A stretch of DNA of 63,301 nt, the filler included, from Stramenopiles sp. TOSAG23-2 (lineage: Eukaryota): NCBI GenBank assembly GCA_900128395.1. It is 19 parts of 19 records of this genome, joined end to end, with 100 filler letters (N's around TTAATTAATTAA, not from the genome) between each part and the next. Parts side by side here need not be neighbours in the genome. Positions count along the whole stretch, not along the records: positions 20,079 to 23,321 come from LT651306.1; positions 23,422 to 26,659 come from LT651307.1; positions 26,760 to 29,996 come from LT651308.1; positions 30,097 to 33,332 come from LT651309.1; positions 33,433 to 36,668 come from LT651310.1; 14 more parts are not named here. One strand, given 5' to 3'. The notes under the pieces were generated by a model that worked only from the letters and a program-made list of their open reading frames with translations, ran no database searches and was not told the origin of the DNA. The translations under genes were made by a program, and so were the position numbers. Shown here piece by piece: positions 23,001-33,943 of the stretch; position 1 is the stretch's first letter, and each line of letters opens with the position of its first letter.

Positions 23001-23321
23001 TTTAAAATTAGACATTGCTCATCCGGTAAAGGATCTAACACTAGCATGGAACGTCTAAAATCATTTTCCCAAAAACTATTATTTATATGATTTCGAAAGC
23101 TACGATCTTTTAAATTTTGTTGTGCTATACCTAAATTTTGCATTGCATTTATTTGCGATGAGTATTTTTCATGTAAATCATTCCCTAATCGTATTAGATC
23201 GCGTTGAACTTTTAAATTTTGTTCACATTGAATTTTACATCGTCGAAATGCATCTACGTAACCTTTTGGTAATGGCAAATTGTGGATTAACTTTTCCGTA
23301 CTTGATATGACAATATCACAC
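20079..23321 (-). CDS. Aquarius (AQR/IBP160)-like Upf1-family SF1 RNA helicase, divergent; open at both contig ends
   Basis: LPRL..DYLFRNY; TMLIGPPGTGKTDT..IINIL..RMLVVAHSNRALDQLYE; IICMTCT; VIVEEAAKI; ILVGDHLQLSPVV; LNCQGRA..YRWRY..LFDLPHV; TTDEYQGLQNDIILVSLV; RLNVLTSR. The frame stays open to position 23321. Confidence 0.82.
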
Positions 23322-23500
23322 NNNNNNNNNNNNNNNNNNNNNNNNNNNNNNNNNNNNNNNNNNNNTTAATTAATTAANNNNNNNNNNNNNNNNNNNNNNN
23401 NNNNNNNNNNNNNNNNNNNNNTTCGTATTACTTATCTATCAATATATATATATAGATATATAGATATATAGATATAAATATATTACATAACAATTGTAGA

Positions 23501-24775
23501 ATGGACAAAATGGAAATGAATGATTCAATATATCAAACAAGACCACTTATTGGAATATCTTCATCAGAGAGTCAAATGTCAAGACGTTCACGTGCTAGTA
23601 GTTATTTAACGAAGCCAATAAGGTTAATAGATAGAGATGCAGCATTTAAACAATCAAAGGGAAATATTAAAATCAAAAGAGACAATGTGAAAGGATCGTT
23701 GTATTGGGCAGATCCAGTACACTCGTTGTTGCATTGGGATACCTGGAAATTAATATTGGTAATGTTTATCTTATATTTAGTTATTATATTTAGCTTTGGT
23801 GCAATTTATTACAACGTTTCAACTGAGTGTGGTCTATCTATGAAATCTTGGTTAGATGCTAGTTACTTTTCCATCGTGACATTTGCCACCATAGGATACG
23901 GTACTCCAGATATTTATTTCAATGAATGTATGGATGGTTTTGCAGCTATTACCGTCCAAAGTTATGTTGGTGTATTATTTGATGCTATTGTTATCGGATT
24001 GATATTTACACGAATAGTACGTGGTTCCACACGTGCTTCGACAATTGTTTTTAGTGATAAAGCAGTTATACGTGAAATAAGGGGTAAATTTTATTTTTCA
24101 TTTCAAGTGGTGGAAATGAGGATGCACCAATTAGTTGAAGCGCATGTTCGTTGCTATGCTATTAATCACAGTTACAATATGAATAAATTCAAGAAATATA
24201 GCAATGATAGTAGTAATAGTAGCCTTGACGATGAGGATAATAATTTAATGAATCATAATAATAATCAGGACAACAATATGGATAATCATGATCAGACAAG
24301 TCCAAATTTGTTTTTTAAACAGACATATATGAGATTGACACAACCTGATGATGATTTAGGTGGACATTTATTTTTATCATTGCCATCAAATGTAATTCAT
24401 CACATTGATACCAGCTCGCCCTTATGCCCACGAAATTTACGAAGTGCACGAACAAGATATCCTCGTGTTGTGAAACGATATGATGATTTTGAAGATGGTG
24501 ATAATGTTTTTGTAAATGATCATAAAAAAGCATATCCAAATTTAAGAGAAGGAATCAATGACCATTTAAATTCAGCTGATCTAGAAATTATTGTATTAGT
24601 AGAAGGTATCGATGCATTAACATCATATACGATTCAAGCAAGGCATAGTTATACGGTTGATGATGTTGAATGGGATGCAACATTTGCTAGTTGCGTATAC
24701 CCTGATGAAGATAATATCCCTCATATTGACTTTGATCGTTTTCATAAAGTTATAAACTCACCACCAATCCAATAG
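23501..24775 (+). CDS. Inward-rectifier potassium channel (Kir family)
   Basis: Two TMs around FSIVTFATIGYG; TIVFSDKAVI; HQLVEAHVR; VIHHIDTSSPL; LEIIVLVEGID..TIQARHSY..VEW..F..DFDRFH. Confidence 0.93.
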   Translation: MDKMEMNDSIYQTRPLIGISSSESQMSRRSRASSYLTKPIRLIDRDAAFKQSKGNIKIKRDNVKGSLYWADPVHSLLHWDTWKLILVMFILYLVIIFSFGAIYYNVSTECGLSMKSWLDASYFSIVTFATIGYGTPDIYFNECMDGFAAITVQSYVGVLFDAIVIGLIFTRIVRGSTRASTIVFSDKAVIREIRGKFYFSFQVVEMRMHQLVEAHVRCYAINHSYNMNKFKKYSNDSSNSSLDDEDNNLMNHNNNQDNNMDNHDQTSPNLFFKQTYMRLTQPDDDLGGHLFLSLPSNVIHHIDTSSPLCPRNLRSARTRYPRVVKRYDDFEDGDNVFVNDHKKAYPNLREGINDHLNSADLEIIVLVEGIDALTSYTIQARHSYTVDDVEWDATFASCVYPDEDNIPHIDFDRFHKVINSPPIQ

Positions 24776-25033
24776 AGAGAGAGAATGTTTGTGGATGGAT
24801 GAATAAAAAATTATATATATATATATACATACGACGTATGATATTGACTCTTAGCTCAGCGCTCTCATAATATACGAACAACGCTTCTCGTATATTTCTA
24901 ATATATATAATATATATTAATCTAAAAAAGAATTCTTTTTACCCCACTCCCTAGAAAAAGTTTTAATCTCCAGTAAAATCATTGCTTCTTCTTTACATCA
25001 TGATATTATTTTATTATTATTACCCACTCAAAT

Positions 25034-26035
25034 TTACATTACTTCTCTTACATGCAAAATTCGTTTTGTAGCATTTACTTCACCTATAAATGCTTCACCG
25101 CCTTTCCTTAATTTTGCTGAATGGATTTCAAAATATCGTTTTAAATCTTCCCTTGATTTGCAATGACATTGTAATGACCAATTAGTTTTTGCACAATATT
25201 TTTTATCAACTTCTTTAATATAATCAGATACTTCTGCAAACACCTCATCAATGGATCTATCAGCTATAATATGTTTCACTTTCTCCATGCTTTGAAACAT
25301 TTGTATTACTGGGAAAGATTGGGTTTTAAATGTTTTAAAACGTTTCTTTATACTTTCGATATTATCATCGGATCTACCACTAGATTTGCCACGTTCCAAC
25401 AGGCGATTTTGTAAAACAGCCTCTGGGCAATCAAAGTACAATACCCCTGCTAGATTTGCACTGTCGCCAACAAATTTATTCCACCCTGCAACATTTTTTG
25501 GATCGCGTGGAAAGCCATCGATTAAAAACTTATTTTTATCACTATTCTGCATAGCTTTTTTTAACAATTTCACTGTAATTTCCACTGGTACTATTTTACC
25601 TTCTTTGATGTAATTGTTGATTAATTCACCATGTTTTGAATTTGGATTTTTACGCTCTGCGCGTAAGCAATCTCCTGCTGAAATATGTTGATAACCAAAT
25701 GCTTCAGATATTTTACCACATTGTGTCCCTTTCCCTGCACCTGGTCCACCTAGTACAAAGATAACAGTTGGTTTAGCTGCTTCCTCGACTTCCACTAGTT
25801 TAACATCCAAGAATCCTTGTAAATTTGCCATTGCTCTCATATTTCCTCTTAACCATTCCTCATATTTTTTTAAGACATGATTGTTAATTTCCAAATTTAC
25901 TTCATAATATACGTGTGACTTTTCCGCCGCCTCGGCTGATTTTTTATTTGCAAAATATGTGATACCAGCACCTATAGTCATTCCACCAGCTATTGCTATT
26001 GCTAGTTTATTATCTTCCAAAAAAGTATTTGACAT
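25034..26035 (-). CDS. UMP-CMP kinase (adenylate kinase family) with N-terminal membrane anchor, nested within a DUF4286-like domain
   Basis: VIFVLGGPGAGKGTQC, HISAGDCLRAE, KEGKIVPVEITV, FLIDGFPR, RGKSSGRSDDNIESIKKRF; the flanking segments are non-kinase. Confidence 0.9.
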   Translation of the reverse strand: MSNTFLEDNKLAIAIAGGMTIGAGITYFANKKSAEAAEKSHVYYEVNLEINNHVLKKYEEWLRGNMRAMANLQGFLDVKLVEVEEAAKPTVIFVLGGPGAGKGTQCGKISEAFGYQHISAGDCLRAERKNPNSKHGELINNYIKEGKIVPVEITVKLLKKAMQNSDKNKFLIDGFPRDPKNVAGWNKFVGDSANLAGVLYFDCPEAVLQNRLLERGKSSGRSDDNIESIKKRFKTFKTQSFPVIQMFQSMEKVKHIIADRSIDEVFAEVSDYIKEVDKKYCAKTNWSLQCHCKSREDLKRYFEIHSAKLRKGGEAFIGEVNATKRILHVREVM

Positions 26036-26608
26036 GGTTGATTAATTAATTATGTGTATATATATGTGCGTGTTTACTTAATACGAAAGATATTTATTGA
26101 AAATTTTCGTACGGTCACTTCTTTGCAAGCGTTATTGTTACAATGAATATGTATTTCTTTACGATTTATTAATTGACTTTGTCAGATACACACACACACA
26201 CTACTGTTTACCTCTTTTCGTTTCTTCAGTAACAATAAAGAAGAAGAAGTTGCAGAGGGAGAGAGGAGATCGAGAGGAGGAGAGAGATGATGTGCAAAAA
26301 AAATCTTGAGAGAGAAGAATTGATGGTGGAAAATTATTTGATGAAATTATTTATTATATAATACCTGTGGTACCAGTCGTCTATACTCTAACTCCAAGGT
26401 ACAGTATTAAATACCTATATACGAGTCCAGTAAACTGCGTCGCAATGGTGTGTGCCTGTACTGTATGCCTGGCCCAGCTGGCCAACTGGCCTTAGCTGGT
26501 AAAAAAAAAAAAGAAAAAATGAATTAGTCGTCACGTCTTCCAAAATAGAGCTAGCTGGGCTAGCTACCTGGTAGACTACCACCATATTAGCTGGTGGCCC
26601 AAGGCTGG

Positions 26609-26659
26609 CCCAGTCAATTTTTTTTAGAGAACGATACGTTAGCATGGAATAGCATTGAG
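26609..26659. mobile_element. Truncated second copy of the 11959 MITE terminal repeat at contig end
   Basis: cccagtcaatttttttt..acgatacgttagcatggaatagcattgag aligns to 11959-12010 with few differences. Confidence 0.75.
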
Positions 26660-26759
26660 NNNNNNNNNNNNNNNNNNNNNNNNNNNNNNNNNNNNNNNNN
26701 NNNTTAATTAATTAANNNNNNNNNNNNNNNNNNNNNNNNNNNNNNNNNNNNNNNNNNNN

Positions 26760-26911
26760 CCGCAGGCAGATTCAAAGCCAGCTGGTAAAACTAATATACC
26801 AATTTCAATAGGTTCCGCACGTTCTTCTTGTAATGCTTCGATGGTTGCTGGTTGTAACGACGTACGTTGTCGTTTCGCGGGGGGTGGAGTTTCCGTAGTC
26901 ATTGATGCCAT
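26760..26911 (-). CDS. 5' fragment of an unknown protein (NLS-like PPAKRQR), truncated by contig end
   Basis: ATG after an AT-rich leader; MASMTTETPPPAKRQRTSLQPATIEALQEERAEPIEIGILVLPAGFESAC runs into the spacer. Confidence 0.55.
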
Positions 26912-27320
26912 GATGTATATATATATGGTTATATATATATATATACTTTCTCTTTCTATATGTATATATTTATATCTTTCTATATCTATATTTATAATTA
27001 TTTCATTATATATTATTAATTCATTCTTAGTTCGAATTGTTGTTGATTTTTTAAAATGACCAAGAAAAGTAAAAAAATACACATAAACACGACGATTGAT
27101 ACACGAACTTCGTGTTACAAAACAGAAAAAAAGTAAAACTTTAAAGAAAAAGGGCAGTGGAACGTGTCAATTAAGAGATAGCAATTAAGTACATGCAATA
27201 CATTTAAACTCTCTCTTCTGCTTTTATTTTAATATCGACCCACGGTATAATCGCTAAACACACACGCACACACACCTTTCCATATTTTTCACATATTATG
27301 ATATATATATATATGACCAA

Positions 27321-28817
27321 TTAACTCGCTTTAGGTGGTGGATTAAAACTATAATGTTTGAAATATGATTTCTTATTACCTGAATTATCTTCATCACGAA
27401 ATAAATCTTTATCTTTTTTTGTCTGTTCTAATATATCTTTATTTAATAACGGTACAGTAAAATCTTCTTCGTCTTCTTTCTCCTCTTTCCCTTCTTCCTC
27501 CCCATCATCTTTAGAATCATCCACATCGTTTTCTTCTGCTTCTTCTTCTACATCCTCTTGTGTCTTCTCATTATCTTTTTTATTAGTTTTTTGTTTATTA
27601 TTTCCACCACCACCTCTTAAATTCAAATGATCCCAATTTATTCCTAATTGTTCTTCCTTTTCAAATTGTTTAATCCTTTTATTAACAGCAACAGTATCAC
27701 CACCACTATCAATTTCACTATTAATATTATCACCACCATGTCCAATTTCCCCTGATCGTCTCCATGGTAATTCAGGATTTAATTTTTTTTCCATAGCAAA
27801 TTGTCCCATTTCCACTTCCGTTACACGATGATGTACAAAGGTATGTGTAGAACCAATCCATTTTCGATCATATTTAGTAGGTTCTAAAAAAAAACTACGT
27901 TTACCATGCATATCATAATCTACACCATCTAATAAAATACCTACATTGACATCTTCAAATTTAAATGGTTTCTTTTTTTTCTTATTCCGTTTTTTAATTT
28001 TAATGACCATTTGTTGAACAATATCATATGATAATATATAACCTGGACCACCCATATATGTTGGAAAATAATCTTTATCATATTCATCCTTTGTTACAGT
28101 CCATTTCTGTGCATATTTTTCATTTGCACGTTTACCATCTGGTCGTATGACTTTGGAATTTTCACGTGGACGACCCATGTATAATTTACGCGATGGTAAA
28201 TGTTTCAATGCTTCAAATAACATTGGTATTTCAATGACGCAATCATCATCCGTTTTCATGAAAAATTGTGGATGGTTATTATGACCACCCCATGCATGTA
28301 AAGCCCATGTAAAAAATGCTTCCACTTTTTCTGATATTGTATAATAATCTTCTACAATATGGTCAAAAATAATCATATCACGATGATTTTGTGCTTCTTT
28401 CATTACTTTTTTTTGATGCTTTGCTGTTTTACTTTTACCAACAATAAACCATGGTTCCCAATTTAAATTCGCCCCAATTTGTAACCATGTTTTACGTATG
28501 ATTCTTCTACGTTTAAAATTATCAGCACTTGATAATATACCAATTAATAAACGTGGTGCTTTTCCATGTACCTGTGGTGGATAGCCAAAAGATGATGATG
28601 TTATTTTTCTATCCGCTGTTATTGACGATGCTGTTCTAATACTACGATGAGGTGAAGATATATCTGTCATTTTATTTGCATTCTTTGCGTAGTGATTATT
28701 ATTATGATTATTATTAATATTATTATTGCTTTGATTATTTAAAATGAAAATGGATATACACATACCACATATTAATAATATAATTGCTTTAATTTGTGCT
28801 AAAAATGGACTTTTCAT
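27321..28817 (-). CDS. Beta-1,3-galactosyltransferase family (GT31), type II membrane protein
   Basis: N-terminal TM; LLIGILSS..RRRIIRKTW; EAQNHRDMI; FFMKTDDD; LYMG; FPTYMGGPGYILSYD; FEDVNVG. Confidence 0.92.
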   Translation of the reverse strand: MKSPFLAQIKAIILLICGMCISIFILNNQSNNNINNNHNNNHYAKNANKMTDISSPHRSIRTASSITADRKITSSSFGYPPQVHGKAPRLLIGILSSADNFKRRRIIRKTWLQIGANLNWEPWFIVGKSKTAKHQKKVMKEAQNHRDMIIFDHIVEDYYTISEKVEAFFTWALHAWGGHNNHPQFFMKTDDDCVIEIPMLFEALKHLPSRKLYMGRPRENSKVIRPDGKRANEKYAQKWTVTKDEYDKDYFPTYMGGPGYILSYDIVQQMVIKIKKRNKKKKKPFKFEDVNVGILLDGVDYDMHGKRSFFLEPTKYDRKWIGSTHTFVHHRVTEVEMGQFAMEKKLNPELPWRRSGEIGHGGDNINSEIDSGGDTVAVNKRIKQFEKEEQLGINWDHLNLRGGGGNNKQKTNKKDNEKTQEDVEEEAEENDVDDSKDDGEEEGKEEKEDEEDFTVPLLNKDILEQTKKDKDLFRDEDNSGNKKSYFKHYSFNPPPKAS

Positions 28818-29451
28818 GGTTGATTACAAAATGTGTTTTAATACATATATATATGTATATATATATAATAAATCACGTTCAGATGCAATGAAATATATAC
28901 ACAACAATAACAACAATGATGATTCAAGTCCTCTACTTACTTATATATAACAATTATCAATATATCCTCTTCACTATGTATGTCACAAACTATATATATA
29001 TTAATATATTTTTCATTTCAAAATTATAATTTAAGTGTAAGTGTATTTGTTAAGGAGTTTTGTTTTGCGAAGAAAAAAATAAAAAAAATGGTGTAAAATC
29101 CCAAAATATCAGTTTTGTTAATTATTTTAATTTTTGAATCTTGAGAAAATATCCGAACAAAATGCATCGTCTGATATATAATTTTCCCCATAACCCCATA
29201 GTGAATAGTCAATATATAGCTTTTAATTATCACATTTGTTTCTGAAAATTATTCCAAAAATAAAATCAAAAATATCGTCGATACTATGAGTGAGTCCATA
29301 AGTAATATTAATTCCATCTACATAGTGAATATTATATAAACCATTTGAAAACAAATTCCCATAATGAACATAAACAGTATTAAATTGCCATAGTTTTAAC
29401 AGTTGTGATAATAGTGCAATGCACAAAAAAAATAAAAATGACGAATGCTAA

Positions 29452-29564
29452 ATTTGATCCAGCCTGGCCAGCCTATATTTCCCTGCTAAATTACAATATC
29501 TTTCGTAGAAGAAGATATATTTGATCCAGCCTGGCCAGCCTATTTCCATGCTAAATTACAATAT
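29452..29564. repeat. Imperfect direct repeat (~47 bp unit, 67-bp period) containing CCAGCCTGGCCAGCC
   Basis: atttgatccagcctggccagcctat..ttcc(c/a)tgctaaattacaatat at 29452 and 29519. Confidence 0.85.
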
Positions 29565-29735
29565 GTTCTTTTTTCGTTTCATAGAATTGAAGTGCAAGTA
29601 TTGAAAAAAGAATATTCTGTGTGTAAAATCAACAAAACCAACGGCATGGGCAGACAGAAAATGTATAAAAAGGTACAAATGTTTAAAACGGAGAGAGACA
29701 TATACATACATATATTGTCTATTTTATAATACACC

Positions 29736-29996
29736 ATGATTCAATCCATTTCTCAATCGAGAAAATTTAATATTAAAACATCATCTAATATTTTACGGAA
29801 GATTACATCTTCACACTCTATTATATTGAAACAATCATTATCATCAACAACTGCTGCAACATGGCCTGATAAACGAGAAACTTCCTATTCTTCTTCTTCA
29901 CCCCACAAAAATAGTATCAATAATAATAATAATAGCAATAATAATAACCACCAACTTAACCAAATAACCAAACGAAGAATTACTGGTGGATTTCGA
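29736..29996 (+). CDS. 5' fragment of a probable mitochondrion-targeted protein
   Basis: Ser/Arg/Lys-rich, acid-poor N-terminus with poly-Asn; open to the contig end. Confidence 0.5.
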
Positions 29997-30256
29997 NNNN
30001 NNNNNNNNNNNNNNNNNNNNNNNNNNNNNNNNNNNNNNNNTTAATTAATTAANNNNNNNNNNNNNNNNNNNNNNNNNNNNNNNNNNNNNNNNNNNNACTT
30101 AACTTTCAATTTTCCATCCTTACGTGAGGGCGCCTCAATAACTGTCCCTCTGCTTCCCTGTTTAAATGTTGCATGACCTGTTAAAAATATATTTAAATTA
30201 TTATATATATAAATTTCTTTTACTCCCGGAAATTTGATATGCAAACTTTTTTTCTT

Positions 30257-31438
30257 TTATACATTTTCAATATTAAACAAGCGTATTGTTGTATCGCCAC
30301 CAGCAACGCAAAATTTCGAACCATTGTGATTAAAATCCAAACTATACACACCACGACTTAAACCAGCGACAGTACCAACAGTGGCATATTTATTTGAACG
30401 ATCAAATATTTTAGCTTCATTTAAACCACTACCACCAGCTGCAATTAAATTACCACTTTTGCTAAATTTAGCACAATATAACATACAATCTTGTTTCGAT
30501 TTTGGACCCCATTGTATTTCCTCAATTAATTTACCAGTACCAAAATCCCATAATTGCAATTGATGTTCCTGTCTCCATGATCCCGTCAATACCATGCCAT
30601 CTTTCACATCGACTGCGTTACCACATATGTGTGGTCCATAAAAGCTTCTGACGGCCATCTCGACACGCGAATCCCATATTTGTACCGTATTGTCCCATCC
30701 ACCACTTACCAACATATTATCATCTTCTGGTACAAACTTAACTGAAAAGACACGGTTCGAATGACCCAATGACACATCTAATGGTTTTTGCGTAGACATC
30801 ATCCCCCCTTTCATCGAACAAACCTCTGTTTTCGTTGCTTCGTCGTAGATTCGTACGCATGTATCTTTTCCTGCCGTGGCGAATTTACTTCCGTCAGGGT
30901 TGTAATCTACTGCTAATAACGGGTTATTAACATCATTTATTTCGTGCAAACAACGTCCAGAGGTAACATGCCAATGTTGTACACTACCATCTGAATTGAC
31001 AGATAACAATACATTTCGAGTCTTCGATACGCCAGATGCTGGTCGAAAGCAAATTGCCGTGGTTGGCAAGCCTGAACCATTGTTGACGTTTAAATTATAT
31101 GCTAAACGGCCTGTGTTGGTTTGAAATACACGAATAGCACCATCGCCACAACCAGCAGCTAATAAGTTTCCTTCTGGTGAAAATTTTGTAACAAATACTT
31201 CAGCTGGATTATCACTAATATCCATGTATGGAACAATTTTTTTCGATGATTTGGATTTGGACCCATCAACAACTTTAACAGGATTTTCTTTTAACGATAA
31301 TGATGCAATATTGGAAGTAACAAATTTTGTATTTTGTATAACATTCTCATCATCATTTACTGTATATTTCCCTTCCCAACTGTCATTAACTTCTTTCTGC
31401 GCATTTAAATCGGCATTATCATTTGCTAAAGTAGACAT
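30257..31438 (-). CDS. WD40-repeat protein
   Basis: About seven WD repeats, e.g. GHSNRVFSVKF..LVSGGWDNTVQIWD, FATAGKDTCVRIYD. Confidence 0.92.
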   Translation of the reverse strand: MSTLANDNADLNAQKEVNDSWEGKYTVNDDENVIQNTKFVTSNIASLSLKENPVKVVDGSKSKSSKKIVPYMDISDNPAEVFVTKFSPEGNLLAAGCGDGAIRVFQTNTGRLAYNLNVNNGSGLPTTAICFRPASGVSKTRNVLLSVNSDGSVQHWHVTSGRCLHEINDVNNPLLAVDYNPDGSKFATAGKDTCVRIYDEATKTEVCSMKGGMMSTQKPLDVSLGHSNRVFSVKFVPEDDNMLVSGGWDNTVQIWDSRVEMAVRSFYGPHICGNAVDVKDGMVLTGSWRQEHQLQLWDFGTGKLIEEIQWGPKSKQDCMLYCAKFSKSGNLIAAGGSGLNEAKIFDRSNKYATVGTVAGLSRGVYSLDFNHNGSKFCVAGGDTTIRLFNIENV

Positions 31439-32308
31439 ATTCCAATATAATATTATTGATAATTCAATATAATATATTTTTCTATGTAATATTGGAAATA
31501 TATATATATTTATATATACATATATTTATTTTCTTTCAAATATAACTTATTGTCTATATCTATATATATGTTATATATATATAAATATTATGTTTTCATT
31601 TATAGTAAATTACATAGCATTAGGATTGGATTGCAAACTCTATAAAATGTTGTCGATTGTGCATGATTCAAAATTAATCTTAATCTTATCTAATGCTAAT
31701 TTTATAGTATTTAGCGCAACAATCTGTATACAACGTGATGCCAACTGCTTTGATTTTTAAGCAAACCAAACCAGGCACTACCTCTGGTACACTATTAATA
31801 TTATAATTTGTATTTCGAAATTTATCTATAATAGTTTGAAAATTATATCGATTTAAAATGAACAGGCTGGGCAGGCTGGGCAGGCCTTATTTAGGGCAGG
31901 CCTTAATTAAGTTATTATGTGCATAATTTAAGGTAAATATAACGTCCTCCTGTTTGACGCCAAGAGAGTACTAGGAGTGGAAAAATTATTTGCATTGACC
32001 GAAATTATATATACGAAGTATGTACAAAACTAATAGATTTCTGGTCAATAATTAAATATCCGCGTATTAAGCATTATCATACTGTACATATGTATATGTA
32101 GCTTTTATCATATAGCTTTTTCAGATGTTATAGTTAAAAATAAATTTTAGGGGTTATATTTGAGTGCTGGACGAGGTTGCCACAATAGCGTCGTGTGTTC
32201 CGACTAGGTTGCCAATACTTTCCTGAAATAAAACAATTTATGCTCTTACAGTACTTTTTTTATTTTTGATCCCTTCTTTCTTAACATTTTGTATTCTGAT
32301 TCCTTCTC

Positions 32309-33332
32309 CTACAAACTTGCAACCCTTTTCTTTTTCTTTTTCTTCGTTTTTGCTTCCATTTCAGATTCTTTTTGAATTTCAACTAAAGTGTATGATACAG
32401 CTGGTACAACTCCCGAAAAACCTGGTGGTGGAAACGATGGTGGTTGGGGTGTCTTTTTCTTTTTTTTTGTTGCTTCAAAATATTTATGTATTTTCTCCCT
32501 TTTTTCGTTGTACAATCTTCTAATTTTATCTTTAAACTTTTCCTTCTTATTATTTTTCGCTTTTCTCTTTATTAATATTTTTTTCAACAGCTCTTCCTCT
32601 CTTTTTTGCTTTTTCTCCTTTTCTTCCAATTCCAACATAGCAGCGGTTTTAATAAAATTTGGGCGTTTGTTAACTTTGCCACCACAATAGCAACATAATA
32701 ATGCTAAGACCACAACGAATACAAAATCTGATGGAAACGCCGGCCCGACACTTGATGGTTCAAATATTGTACATTTGCTTGCATCTGTTGTATCTTGTAG
32801 TTGTCCAGCTTGTAGATGTTCGCAAAAGCTACATTCTTGGTCTGATGTTGCTGTCCCTGGATTGGATATAAATTCCTCTATACCACATGCTTTCCAACGA
32901 AAGCACAAAGTTGCATTGCTTTGATCCTGGAAAAATCCTGTTGGGCATGGTTGGCATTTGAATCCCACCGTGCCGTGAATTAATCCTTGCTTAATATATG
33001 TACCTGGTGGACAATGTAAAAGTTCATTTGGGCATTGGCCAGGTCCACAATTAACGCATTTATTATCTGCAATTGTTGTTCCAGTAACTGTTGTTACCAT
33101 ATCCTCCTCTTCACAATCTCGCCATGGTTGGCAAGCTTTTGCATTTACCAAAGTAGAAAATTTCCCTAGCGCACATTCTTCGCATGAATACGGGCCAACA
33201 TTTCCACCCGTTGAACCATATGTAGTGTTTTCGATTACATAATATCCTGGTTCACACCTCTTGTTTCTTACTTGGCATTTCTTTGCGTTGGTAGTTGTAC
33301 TCCATGAATAACCTTCGCACTTCATGCAATAT
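32309..33332 (-). CDS. TNFR-like cysteine-rich repeat membrane protein (5' truncated)
   Basis: CEECALGKFS..CQPWRDC..GTTIADNKC and CQPCPTGFFQ..CFRWKAC..PGTATSDQEC; TM FVFVVVLALLCCYC; Lys-rich cytoplasmic tail. Confidence 0.75.
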
Positions 33333-33943
33333 NNNNNNNNNNNNNNNNNNNNNNNNNNNNNNNNNNNNNNNNNNNNTTAATTAATTAANNNNNNNNNNNN
33401 NNNNNNNNNNNNNNNNNNNNNNNNNNNNNNNNATACTATCTATTTACCTTCATTGGTATTTTCGATTATGAGAATATCAACACACTTGTGTGAGATATAG
33501 ATTATTTCAGTTATTTTATTCTTTTGAAGAGTAGGAATTATCATGAGTAAATTAAAAATAAATTATGCGTAAATTAAATTATATATGACCCCGTTTATCT
33601 GAGAGGGAGCTTACAGTTATAAATTTAAAAAATAAAAAATATTTTTTTATTACTGATTCATATCATACGAAACTTACGATCTTTGGAGAACTGTATATGA
33701 CCTTGGGCTGTAATAGCAGGCGAAGATGAGGGGATCGAGTAGTATGACAGTATGACCCACGAGCGATAAGATCAGAAGATCAGGAGGATCGGTAAAAAAA
33801 GTACATATGATAGGGTATATTTAAGTACATTATTTAGTACTCTAATCTATACATTTATACCACTTTAACATAATAATATATATATGATATCATATGATAT
33901 GTCCATACAATTCAGCAGTCCAGCAGTGGTACTGATATGATAA

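Noticed and set aside
30097-30244. Short minus-strand ORF/exon (GHATFKQGSRGTVIEAPSRKDGKLKVK)
   Set aside because: Too short, overlaps a dispersed repeat, and has no supportable start or family.
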